The translations under genes were made by a program, and so were the position numbers. From contig JBDRUX010000027.1 in NCBI GenBank assembly GCA_039801565.1, forward strand, positions 1-25,814: a DNA stretch of 25,814 nt, written 5' to 3'. The notes below the pieces were generated by a model that did not search any database, was not told the origin of the DNA, and was given only the letters and a program-made list of their open reading frames with translations. Of the stretch, positions 17,126 to 25,814 are shown piece after piece. The stretch comes from a candidate division WOR-3 bacterium. GTDB taxonomy: Bacteria > Hydrothermota > Tepidihabitantia > Tepidihabitantales > JAOUPE01. Each line of letters begins with the position of its first letter. Positions within the stretch are counted from its first letter, which is position 1.

Positions 17126-17550
17126 TTTTGCTCGGCGGACTCTCTAAGTAGCATCTGTGGTTTTATCAGATGAGTATCGGGTCTGTAAATGCTGGCAATG
17201 CCTATTGACTTTTAAAAATATTGAGTTAAATTTACAATTGGATCTTGGTTACTATGGGCCTTTTGACGAAACTAAACGATTACCGAATCTTAGGAGGATA
17301 GTGAACCTACAGTATTGCCTTTACATTGTAGATAAAAAAATTATCAACGGTGTTCGGCATTTGATTGCAATACCGAACTTATTTTGGAAATGCCGAACGC
17401 CAAACTTAAGAAAGGAGGTGATGGCAAAGGAAAAACTGAGCGATAATGAAAAAAAAGAAGTTAAGAGGACAAGGAAATAAAAAATCATAAGACCCTTTTT
17501 TTCACTTCACTTTTGTAGAAAGAAGAGAAAGAGGGGGAAAGGAGGTAAAA

Positions 17551-19080
17551 ATGTATAATCGACAAAAAATAATATTAAGCTTAATCGTCTTAATGGCGAT
17601 AATGTTTGGGCAAGGTCCTTTTTGGATTGACCCGGATGTTGTGATTGATAGCGCCAGAGATTATCAGGCAATCTCAGTTGCAACCCGACGCTCCAATGGT
17701 GAAGTTTTTGTTGCAGTATCAGGCAAGTTTTTTGAAGATACCACACGCTATGGGATAAAGGTCTATCGCTCCCTTGATGGTATGAACTGGAGTCAATACT
17801 TGTGGTGGAGTATAAGTCAGGGAAATGTGTTCAACCCTTCGATGACCGTCTTTACTGCCCAAGACTCAGAATTTCTGTATGTTGCATTTGAAAATTGGGA
17901 CACGATAGCAAATGAAAGAAACATCCGTGCTTATCGTCGTAATCTGGCTTTGTCTTCTGGATTATACAGAGATATTTCCATAATTTCCGGAGTAACGGAG
18001 AAAGACCCGAGTCTTTGTACCAGTAATCCGGCACATCTCAATAGCCCATGGCTTTTTTGTGCCTTTGTGAGCGGTGATTCAATTGCCTTTATTCGCTCGG
18101 CAAATTATGGTCTAACCTGGACTGACCGGCAAATTATTTGTCCCGGAAGTGCAACTGCCGACTATTTAAATCCGAGTTGTGCCTTCGGCTGGTTTTCCAC
18201 CCCGCCTGAATCAATGTCGGTTGGCGTTGCCTGGCAATATTTAGATAACACTGCTACGGTAAGAGAAATTAGGTTTAGAAAAAACACACTAAATGGTATG
18301 CCGGGCTTTTGGCGTCCAACCATACAGTTTACTTCGCCGGTAAATTGCTATGACGGTTTTCCTTGTTTGCAGATGACCCATGGTGGCCACCCTTCAGCGG
18401 TAATCACCTTTGTGAGAAAGGATACCTTAGGTACCGACAAGGCTCATTTATGTTATTTCTTCAGTACCAACGGTGGCAATACTTGGAATAGCGGACATAT
18501 CTACACTTCATCCTATGCAACTAATGTGCCTCAAGATCTTGTGGTTGATGATACCTTAGGATATTATCACGTAGCATTCCGTGACCAAGATGGTAGTATG
18601 ATATACCAGAAGGCAAGGTATGACAGCATATCTTCACCTTGGTCATCACCGGTTTACTTTAGCTCTGGCAACAACTGGAGTGATTGGGATTTACCCGCAA
18701 TCGGCGTGCGCAATGGCGAGCCTTATGTTGCCTGGGTTGATTATCATTCACCCGTATACAAACTCAAATTTGATGCCCAGTGGTTACTGACCGCGGTTAA
18801 CGAACATAAATCAGCATCGCTACCAAATCTGGTAGCAGTCTCTCCTAATCCAGCAAAAGGTGCATTTACTGTACACTATCAGGTGAACAATCCGGGTAGA
18901 GTAAGGATTGCCCTTTATGATGCGTTAGGAAGATTAGTTAGGAATGTGCTGGAGTGCGAGATGATGGTGGGTCAGCACCAGACCAAGATTGAAACCAAGA
19001 CCCTTGCGGCCGGTACCTATTTTGTTGTAATTGATATACTGGACCAGACTTGGAAGAAATGGATAGTAATTATGAAATAA
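17551..19080 (+). CDS. Secreted BNR/Asp-box beta-propeller protein with T9SS type A-like C-terminal domain
   Basis: AGGAGGT SD; signal peptide; SLDGMNW, SANYGLTW, STNGGNTW; SPNP...LYDALGRLV...GTYFVVI. Confidence 0.85.
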   Translation: MYNRQKIILSLIVLMAIMFGQGPFWIDPDVVIDSARDYQAISVATRRSNGEVFVAVSGKFFEDTTRYGIKVYRSLDGMNWSQYLWWSISQGNVFNPSMTVFTAQDSEFLYVAFENWDTIANERNIRAYRRNLALSSGLYRDISIISGVTEKDPSLCTSNPAHLNSPWLFCAFVSGDSIAFIRSANYGLTWTDRQIICPGSATADYLNPSCAFGWFSTPPESMSVGVAWQYLDNTATVREIRFRKNTLNGMPGFWRPTIQFTSPVNCYDGFPCLQMTHGGHPSAVITFVRKDTLGTDKAHLCYFFSTNGGNTWNSGHIYTSSYATNVPQDLVVDDTLGYYHVAFRDQDGSMIYQKARYDSISSPWSSPVYFSSGNNWSDWDLPAIGVRNGEPYVAWVDYHSPVYKLKFDAQWLLTAVNEHKSASLPNLVAVSPNPAKGAFTVHYQVNNPGRVRIALYDALGRLVRNVLECEMMVGQHQTKIETKTLAAGTYFVVIDILDQTWKKWIVIMK

Positions 19081-19335
19081 ATGGCTAAACCCTGATAAAA
19101 ACTAATTTTAGAAAAGGACAAATTATGATTTCGTGAATAACTTCATTTTTAAATTTGAAGTCATAATTTAAAAGAAAAAAGACCGAAAAATTTTGCTATT
19201 TATCCGAAAGTGACTCATCGGGGTAGGCAATTAGGATAACAAATCCGGTTACCCTTATTTTCGATAAACTAAAACTGTTTTAGCAATGAACAGGTCTTTA
19301 GTTTAAGAGTCTTTAAAACGACACCTCGCAACGCA

Positions 19336-19363
19336 TTGACAAGGAATAAATCTTATCTAAAAT
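19336..19363 (+). promoter_or_regulatory. Promoter, probably leaderless
   Basis: TTGACA-16-TAAAAT; ATG 6 nt downstream. Confidence 0.65.
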
Positions 19364-19369
19364 AACTTA

Positions 19370-20572
19370 ATGGTGGCAAAAAGAATAATGTTAGTTGAGC
19401 GAAAATTCCTCAAACTGCCCATTCTTAAAAAAGAATTCTTTTGGGATTTCAAAGGGGCAAAACTTCTTTATGAAGTATGCCGCTTTTTTATCTTTCCAAT
19501 CATAATCTTCAATTATGCTTTAAGTTGGCAACGACAAATTTCACCCCGAACCGATAGGAATCTTTTTGATATCTGGTTTGTTAGTGAGAGTATTGGCTGT
19601 GCTTGTGGTAACTTTGGCTTTCTCATTCGAACGACCGATGCCGGTGCAAACTGGCAGGATAGAAGTGGAGTAACCAATAATTGGATTGATGATATGTGGT
19701 TTGCTGATTCTCGAATTGGTTATGCGGTGGGTGAGGCTGGAACAATTCTCAAGACTACCGATGGCGGCGAAAACTGGTTTTTGCTCAGTTGTGGTTTAAA
19801 CTTTAATCTCTACGGCGTCTGCTTTCCTGATACCGATAATGGTTGGATTACCGGTCAAGGTGGCATAATCTGTCATACTTCCGATGGCGGAATCACTTGG
19901 TCCCCTCAAAATTCCGGGACAACCCTTTATATCTTTGACATCGAATTTGTTAACCCAGATACCGGTTGGGCCTGTGGACAAAATGGTTGGGTCTATAAGA
20001 CTTCTAACGGCGGAAATAATTGGACCCGGTTGAATATTGCCGGCTCTGACCTCTATGGTCTAAAGTGCGTCAGTGGTACCGAAATATGGGTGGCTGGTGC
20101 CAACGGTAAGATTTATCGGATTAGTGATTTTGGCAACAATGTTCAATCCTGGCAAGTTAGTAGTGGAACATTAAAGGCGGTTGAGGTGAAGGGGAATCGC
20201 ATCTGGGTCTGTGGTCAATCCGGCACAATCGTTTTTTCACCCAATTATGGTGATACCTGGATTCAGCAAACCTGCCCAACTAATAATTATTTAGATGAAA
20301 TATTCTTTTGGGACGAAAATCGCGGTTGGATAGTCGGAATGGCAGGGACTATCCTTTATACCCAAAATGGTGGTGTCGGACTGATTGAGAATTTTGGTAA
20401 ACCAAAAGCCAATTTTCCAAACATTCAATTCAAAGGTAAGAAATATACTCTCTGGACAAGCGCGGGCCAAAAAATCCAAGCGCCGTTTAATGCACTACCA
20501 AGTGGCGTTTATTTCATTACCACCGATAATTTCTTCCAGCCTATCTGCCATAAGGTAATAATCGTCCGTTAA
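19370..20572 (+). CDS. YCF48/photosynthesis-system-II-assembly-like BNR-repeat protein with shortened CTD
   Basis: Repeated G.ILKTTDGG.NW blades; C-terminal LPSGVYFI...HKVIIVR. Confidence 0.88.
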   Translation: MVAKRIMLVERKFLKLPILKKEFFWDFKGAKLLYEVCRFFIFPIIIFNYALSWQRQISPRTDRNLFDIWFVSESIGCACGNFGFLIRTTDAGANWQDRSGVTNNWIDDMWFADSRIGYAVGEAGTILKTTDGGENWFLLSCGLNFNLYGVCFPDTDNGWITGQGGIICHTSDGGITWSPQNSGTTLYIFDIEFVNPDTGWACGQNGWVYKTSNGGNNWTRLNIAGSDLYGLKCVSGTEIWVAGANGKIYRISDFGNNVQSWQVSSGTLKAVEVKGNRIWVCGQSGTIVFSPNYGDTWIQQTCPTNNYLDEIFFWDENRGWIVGMAGTILYTQNGGVGLIENFGKPKANFPNIQFKGKKYTLWTSAGQKIQAPFNALPSGVYFITTDNFFQPICHKVIIVR

Positions 20573-20578
20573 CTTTCG

Positions 20579-21007
20579 GTGAAAAAACCCAAAGCCGAAG
20601 ATTTAGTGAATCGTATCATCGATGTCAACATCAATCGGTTAACTGAAGGGCTGAGAGTAACCGAAGAGATTGTGCGCTTTGCCATCGAGGATAAGAAACT
20701 TTTAACCCAAATCCGCAATCTCCATAATCTTTTTACCAAGAAGTTAAAAGCATACCGGTTAGGGGTCATTATGGCTCGAAAAGCCGAGACCGATTTGGGA
20801 CGGACCGGTCAATTTGATAGAATAAAACGAAAAGGGTTAACCGATGTGCTTTTGGCAAATCTGAAACGTTCCGAGGAAGCAGCAAGGGTCTTAGAAGAAA
20901 TTAGCAAAATTAATCAAAACACAACTACGCTGGCTCCCTTTTTTAAAAAAGTCCGCTTCAACCTTTACGAATTAGAAAAGAAGTTAATTTTAAAAATTCG
21001 GGAATAA
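20579..21007 (+). CDS. Stand-alone ThiD2-like protein (N-terminal domain of long ThiE)
   Basis: RIIDVNINRLTEGLRVTEEIVRF; NLKRSEEAARVLEE; RFNLYELEK. Confidence 0.85.
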   Translation: MKKPKAEDLVNRIIDVNINRLTEGLRVTEEIVRFAIEDKKLLTQIRNLHNLFTKKLKAYRLGVIMARKAETDLGRTGQFDRIKRKGLTDVLLANLKRSEEAARVLEEISKINQNTTTLAPFFKKVRFNLYELEKKLILKIRE

Positions 21008-21087
21008 TCGCCGGGTTGATAAACGCGGTGGCGGAATTACCAAACTGAAGATTAGCCAATTTTTCTTGCCGAGTTTTGCCAATTTGG

Positions 21088-21116
21088 TTGACTTTTGATT
21101 TTTTTATTGGTATAAT
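21088..21116 (+). promoter_or_regulatory. Promoter for the ABC/TPR operon
   Basis: TTGACT-17-TATAAT with TG extended -10. Confidence 0.7.
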
Positions 21117-21130
21117 ATATTTAATCTGGG

Positions 21131-22060
21131 ATGGAATTAGCCATTAAAACCGAAAACCTGTGTAAACACTATTACACGGGTTTTTTTACTAAAAAAATCC
21201 GGGCCTTAGACAATTTAAACTTAGAGGTGAAGGTAGGCGAAATCTTTGGTTTTTTAGGTCCTAATGGCGCTGGTAAAACCACAACCATCAAAATTCTTTT
21301 GGGACTGACGAAACCAAGTTCGGGTAAGGCTTTGGTGTTAGAGGCAACGCCGACCTCGGCTAAGACGCGACGCCGGATTGGTTTTCTACCCGAAGCTCCT
21401 TATTTCTATGACCACCTCACTGCTGAAGAATTTTTGAGTTTTTGCGCCCAGTTACAAGGCTTAAAGAATCAGAAGATTGCAATTGATTCAATTCTTACCG
21501 TAGTAGGATTAACCACTGCCCGCAAAGTGCAACTGCGCCATTTTTCCCGCGGTATGTTACAACGAATCGGCATTGCCCAGGCTTTGCTTGCTGACCCCGA
21601 ATTAGTTATTTTAGACGAACCGATGGGCGGACTTGACCCAATCGGCCGAAAAGAAATCCGGGATGTGATAATTGGATTAAAAGAACAAGGCAAGACTATT
21701 TTCTTTTCCACCCACATCCTATCCGATGTCGAGATGCTCTGCTCCAGAGTCGGAATTCTGATCAATGGTAAATTGATTACGGTGGGGGTATTGAATGAAA
21801 TTCTTAACGAATCATTTGAGAATATTGAAGTGACAATAAAAGGGCTAAAACCAGACGCTATCGCCCAATTCCAGCGAAATGCCTGGAAGACTTATATTGC
21901 GGAAGACAAAGTAACCTTCTATGTCTCACAAGAGGAAGAAGCCTATTTTTTATTAGCAAAAGCCCAGGCTTGTGGTGGTAAACTTGTTTCCTTTTTACCA
22001 CGGCGCAAAACCTTAGAAGAACATTTCATTCGTGAAGTGGCCAAAGAGTCAAAAAAATGA
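21131..22060 (+). CDS. ABC transporter ATP-binding protein (PilH-like)
   Basis: GPNGAGKT, FSRGMLQR, ILDEPMGGLDPIGR, STHILSDVE. Confidence 0.93.
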   Translation: MELAIKTENLCKHYYTGFFTKKIRALDNLNLEVKVGEIFGFLGPNGAGKTTTIKILLGLTKPSSGKALVLEATPTSAKTRRRIGFLPEAPYFYDHLTAEEFLSFCAQLQGLKNQKIAIDSILTVVGLTTARKVQLRHFSRGMLQRIGIAQALLADPELVILDEPMGGLDPIGRKEIRDVIIGLKEQGKTIFFSTHILSDVEMLCSRVGILINGKLITVGVLNEILNESFENIEVTIKGLKPDAIAQFQRNAWKTYIAEDKVTFYVSQEEEAYFLLAKAQACGGKLVSFLPRRKTLEEHFIREVAKESKK

Positions 22061-22818
22061 AAATTTTGGCGATTGTGGAGAATACCTTTAAAGAGGCAAT
22101 CCGTGACCGAATCTTACTGGTACTATTAGTAATTGGTTTTATTGCGATTGGCTCAGCGAAGATTATTAAACCTTTAGCCTTAGGTGAAGAGGCAAAAATA
22201 ATTAAAGATTTGGGTTTAGCCACTATAACTCTTACTGCGGTCTTAACCACAATTCTAATTGGTGGTAAACTGGTCTATAAAGAAGTTGAGAAGCGAACGA
22301 TTTATATAATGCTTGCCAAACCGGTTACTCGTTATCAATTCATTATCGGTAAATACTTGGGGCTGGTGCTTGTGATATTCTTTACAATAACGATAATGAC
22401 CGGTGGTTATTATTTAATGCTTTCTTTAACGAACACCGAAGCAACTTTATCGCTTCTGTTACCAATTCTGATGACTTTTTTTGAGGTACTAATCATCATC
22501 GCTTTAGCCCTCTTTTTTTCCAGTATTGCTACTCCGATTACTGCTTCTTTAATTACTTTTGTTGTTTATTTCATTAGCAATTTCACGCGTGACTTGAAGG
22601 CGCTCGCCCAGATTTCACCATCAGTTGTGGTCAAGGCGCTCGCTAACTTTTTCTACTATCTGTTGCCGAATTTAGCCAATTTCAATATCCGAAATTTAGT
22701 TATCCATAATGCTATAATCAATCCAGCAACGATTCTTCTTTCAATTCTTTATGCCTTAATCTATTCAGCTTTGGTCCTTTGTTTTGCGGCGCTAATTTTT
22801 CAGAGAAAAGATTTCTAA
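22057..22818 (+). CDS. ABC-2 permease (PilI-like)
   Basis: NTFKEAIRDR, KEVEKRTIY.MLAKPV.R..FIIGKYLG, terminal FQRKDF. Confidence 0.9.
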   Translation: MKILAIVENTFKEAIRDRILLVLLVIGFIAIGSAKIIKPLALGEEAKIIKDLGLATITLTAVLTTILIGGKLVYKEVEKRTIYIMLAKPVTRYQFIIGKYLGLVLVIFFTITIMTGGYYLMLSLTNTEATLSLLLPILMTFFEVLIIIALALFFSSIATPITASLITFVVYFISNFTRDLKALAQISPSVVVKALANFFYYLLPNLANFNIRNLVIHNAIINPATILLSILYALIYSALVLCFAALIFQRKDF

Positions 22819-22837
22819 AAGGTGTAATAGGTTGGTT

Positions 22838-23710
22838 ATGGTTATGTCTCGAAGGTATCTGATTTTAACTTTATTATTCCTTTTGGTCTTAGGTTGGTTT
22901 CTGCTTTACTTCCTTCAGCAACGTATTGAGAAGACCTATCGTCGAACCTTACGGGAAAGATTGGTGGAAGAGATGATGTATTTTCCATCCGGGAAGTTTC
23001 TCCGACCAGTGCTGATTGAGTATCAAGATCTGGGTGCGGATTTGGTTTGGTTACGAGCCATTCAATATTATGGGCATCATTTAATGACTGACCGTAAGTT
23101 TGAGTGGTTGGGGCATATCTTTGAAATTCTGACGCAACTCGACCCTCGTTTTATTGCTGCCTATCACTTTGGTTCTATCATTATGGCTTGGGATGCTCGT
23201 CAACCCAAGGAAGCTATCGCATTGTTACGCAAAGGAGCAAGAGAGAATCCGCTCCATTGGCAGATTCCTTTCGATATTGGATTCATTTATTACTCCCGCC
23301 TTGATGACTATGATGCCGCTGGTTACTACTTTCTGGTTGCCTCGAAACTACCCAATGCTTGGAATGTCTTAGAACGGATGTCGGCGTTTGCTTACCAGCG
23401 TGGCGGCAAGACTGAAGTCAGCCGGCAGATTTGGATTGATATCTACAACCGGACTAATAATCAAGCAATCAAAAACTTAGCCGAGCGAAATCTGCAGTTA
23501 CTGCAAGCTGACGAAGATATTGTTTTTTTGCAATCATTAGTAAATAAGTATCGAGCAACATTTAAGAAAAAACCCACCAGCCTCTACGATTTGGTGAAGG
23601 CTGGTTATTTAAAATATTTGCCGAAAGACCCTTGGGGTGGTCAATATGTTCTAAGAGATAGTATTGTCATTAGTCCTAAGGCGAACCGATTACGCTCGGG
23701 TAAATATTAG
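22838..23710 (+). CDS. Membrane-anchored TPR-like protein with GspG-like C-terminal motif
   Basis: N-terminal TM, ADLVWLRAIQY, LDPRF, TPR helices, PTSLYDLVKAGYLKYLPKDPWGGQY. Confidence 0.8.
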   Translation: MVMSRRYLILTLLFLLVLGWFLLYFLQQRIEKTYRRTLRERLVEEMMYFPSGKFLRPVLIEYQDLGADLVWLRAIQYYGHHLMTDRKFEWLGHIFEILTQLDPRFIAAYHFGSIIMAWDARQPKEAIALLRKGARENPLHWQIPFDIGFIYYSRLDDYDAAGYYFLVASKLPNAWNVLERMSAFAYQRGGKTEVSRQIWIDIYNRTNNQAIKNLAERNLQLLQADEDIVFLQSLVNKYRATFKKKPTSLYDLVKAGYLKYLPKDPWGGQYVLRDSIVISPKANRLRSGKY

Positions 23711-23727
23711 TGCGAAGCAGGTGAGAA

Positions 23728-23763
23728 AATAGTTCAAATCGTTTAAATAGTTCAAAAGTTTAA
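23728..23763. repeat. Four tandem 9-mers (AATAGTTCA-like)
   Basis: AATAGTTCA AATCGTTTA AATAGTTCA AAAGTTTAA; same motif at 413-447, 13146-13174 and 25265-25283. Confidence 0.7.
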
Positions 23764-23768
23764 GCGTG

Positions 23769-24167
23769 TTAATCAGCCAGGACTTTAACTAAAACTTTTC
23801 TTTTTCGCGGACCGTCAAATTCGCAAAAGAAAATACCCTGCCAAGTACCAAAGCCGATTTTACCTTCCTCGAAGAAAACGGTTCGGGAAGAACCGATTAT
23901 TGCTGCTTTGATATGGGCATCGGCATTGCCTTCGGTATGGGCGTAATGACTATTATGCGGCACAAGTCTATTTAAGGTTGCGACAATATCTTCACAGACA
24001 CTTGGGTCATAATTTTCGTTAATCGTAACGGCTGCGGTCGTATGGGGAATATAAATAATACAAGCTCCGGACCGAACCCCACTTTTTTTAATGACATTTC
24101 TTACCGATTCGGTTATGTCAATCAGTTCGGTTCGCCGATGGGTTGTAATATCAATTGTAAAAATCAT
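23769..24167 (-). CDS. yjbQ: YjbQ family protein (secondary thiamine-phosphate synthase, UPF0047)
   Basis: HTTAAVTINEN.DP, GNADAHIK, GTWQGIFFCEFDGPR; ATG 24167 follows TTGACA-17-TACCAT. Confidence 0.93.
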   Translation of the reverse strand: MIFTIDITTHRRTELIDITESVRNVIKKSGVRSGACIIYIPHTTAAVTINENYDPSVCEDIVATLNRLVPHNSHYAHTEGNADAHIKAAIIGSSRTVFFEEGKIGFGTWQGIFFCEFDGPRKRKVLVKVLAD

Positions 24168-24211
24168 AGCGAATGGTACCACTAAAAAAATTTATTGTCA
24201 ATCGTTGTTTT

Positions 24212-25225
24212 TTACCGATAGCGGCGAATAGCAAGCTGGTGCTCTTGGCTGGTTTTGGAAAATTGGTGCGAACCATCACCCCGACTGACGAAAAATAAAT
24301 AGTCCGTCTTGGCCGGGGCTAAGACCGCTTGCAAAGAATTTTTGCCCGGATTACAAATCGGACCCGGCGGCAAACCAGGATTTAAATAAGTATTATAAGG
24401 AGATTCAATTTTTAAATCGGCAACCGAAAGACGAGGCTTGCGTTCTTTTAAAATATACTCAACCGTAGCACAGGATTGTAAGGGTAGTTTTCTTTTTAGC
24501 CGATTTAGAAAGACTGAAGCGATAATTGGGCGTTCATCATCTAATTTCGCTTCTGCCTCAACGATTGACGCCAGTGTCACAATCTCGTGTAATGACAGCG
24601 CTACAGAAAGGTTGGTTTTGGGGGCTAATAAAGAATTATAAACCGAAAAGAATCGCTTTATCATCCGCGTCAAGACTTGCTCGGGCTCACTTTGAATTTC
24701 AAATTCATAAGTATCAGGAAAAAGATACCCCTCGGCACTTTTTGCTTTAATACCAAAATTAAATAAGAAACTTTCGTTTGCTGCTTGCCTAAGAAGGTCC
24801 GGTTTAGAACAAATGCCTTGTTGTTCTAAAATTTCGGCGATTTGTTTTAAGGTCTTGCCTTCAGGGATTGTAATTAATGTTTTGCTCTTACCGCCTTTGG
24901 TTAGTATCTTTAAGGTGAGTAATTCATCAAGGTCAGTAGCCAAATTGTATTTGCCACTCTTCAGTTTCCGTTCGTAGCCAAAAAGTTTGGCGAAAAGGAT
25001 AAAGCGTATTGGATTGTCAATAATTCCCGCTTCTTTGAGACGGAAGGCAGTGATGCGAACCGGTTCATTCTTATATAAGATAAACTGATGGATTTGGTTT
25101 GGGGACTGAAGCCAATTAGCCAGAACGGTTATGCCGGCAAATAGGATTGTGGCAAGGAGAAATCCAATCGGTAATGACCAATAGCCAAATCTCTCATTTA
25201 TTGGTTTTGATTTTTTGTCTAACAC
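24212..25225 (-). CDS. mltG: Endolytic transglycosylase MltG
   Basis: TIPEG, EGYLFPDTY, LASIVEAEA, VFLNRL, SPYNTY..GLPPGPICNPG, YLFFV. Confidence 0.95.
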   Translation of the reverse strand: MLDKKSKPINERFGYWSLPIGFLLATILFAGITVLANWLQSPNQIHQFILYKNEPVRITAFRLKEAGIIDNPIRFILFAKLFGYERKLKSGKYNLATDLDELLTLKILTKGGKSKTLITIPEGKTLKQIAEILEQQGICSKPDLLRQAANESFLFNFGIKAKSAEGYLFPDTYEFEIQSEPEQVLTRMIKRFFSVYNSLLAPKTNLSVALSLHEIVTLASIVEAEAKLDDERPIIASVFLNRLKRKLPLQSCATVEYILKERKPRLSVADLKIESPYNTYLNPGLPPGPICNPGKNSLQAVLAPAKTDYLFFVSRGDGSHQFSKTSQEHQLAIRRYR

Positions 25226-25240
25226 CTAACGAGATTTTTC

Positions 25241-25335
25241 AGTTATTGGTTGTTGATTCTTATCATTAGTTCAGAATCGTTCAAAGAGTTTTCGCCCGTG
25301 GCGAGTTTTTGACTGACATCTAAAAACCAATAACT
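25241..25335. repeat. Intergenic inverted repeat enclosing 9-mer remnants
   Basis: AGTTATTGGTT (25241-25251) and AACCAATAACT (25325-25335). Confidence 0.5.
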
Positions 25336-25344
25336 AACAACATT

Positions 25345-25776
25345 CTACACCCGGTTTCGTTTCTTAGCCAGATAGTCTTCAAGAATAATTGTCGCCGATA
25401 ATTTATCAATGATTGCTTTCCGTTTACCGTTTTCCGCATTCCGCATTTGGTATTCAGAAAGGATTCGGGCACTGAGTTGGCTAGTTAATCGCTCGTCGAA
25501 CAATTGAATAGGAATGGTCATTACCTTGCCCAGATGGTCCTTAAAATTTTCTACCGCCACACTTCTTTTTGTCTTCTTGCCAGCCAGGCTAATCGGATTG
25601 CCAATCACAATCTCACTCACGGCATTTTCCCTAACGATTTTTTGCAATGCGGTGATTAACTCTTGCTCGTTTTTGTAACTGAGCGTAGTAAGTCCTTGGG
25701 CGATGGTCTGGGTCTCATCGGAGATGGCTAAGCCAACCCGTGTTTGACCAAAGTCAATGCTTAAGACTCGACCCAA
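25345..25776 (-). CDS. ruvX: RuvX/YqgF pre-16S rRNA nuclease
   Basis: LSIDFGQTRVGLAISD, IVIGNP, DERLTS, IDKLSATIILEDYL. Confidence 0.95.
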   Translation of the reverse strand: MGRVLSIDFGQTRVGLAISDETQTIAQGLTTLSYKNEQELITALQKIVRENAVSEIVIGNPISLAGKKTKRSVAVENFKDHLGKVMTIPIQLFDERLTSQLSARILSEYQMRNAENGKRKAIIDKLSATIILEDYLAKKRNRV

Positions 25777-25814
25777 TGCCTGAATTGGTTGGACTGGCTT
25801 TTTACATTGGCAAG

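Noticed and set aside
19200..19310. c-di-GMP or other known riboswitch
   Set aside because: Conserved cores not found; lies upstream of the apparent promoter
16609..19705. Diversity-generating retroelement TR/VR pair (YCF48 duplicates)
   Set aside because: Differences are mostly synonymous and involve all bases, not adenine-specific; no reverse transcriptase
19370..20572. Photosystem II assembly function
   Set aside because: YCF48-like reflects a generic BNR propeller; no photosynthesis genes

Overview
AT-rich bacterial chromosomal window from a diderm, probably anaerobic lineage. The mix of T9SS/FlgD-type C-terminal-domain proteins, an Omp85 protein and a PilH/PilI-like ABC module resembles FCB-related candidate phyla such as WOR-3; that assignment is inference only. 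Most of the window is ordinary: flavin reductase, a peptidase/PD40/Omp85 protein, DrrAB-like ABC, IscS/NifS, ZIP, DUF134-DUF5320-NifB/NifX, secreted beta-propellers, ThiD2-like, ABC+TPR, YjbQ, MltG and RuvX. The standout is a ~370-bp non-coding element present twice in inverted orientation (~100-485 and ~13123-13490). Each copy holds exactly 19 phased, GC-rich, quasi-palindromic 12-bp units. The right copy precedes a frameshifted XRE-HTH gene whose C-terminal two-thirds has two repeats with the motif spacing of the rudivirus SIRV2/Adnaviria major capsid fold. That fold coats A-form DNA at 12 bp per protein dimer, so the array and protein may form a bacterial Adnaviria-like nucleoprotein-filament system. 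This is a hypothesis not verified by any search. The window also has REP/MITE-like palindromes, many probable leaderless promoters, and several deletion-scarred gene fragments.
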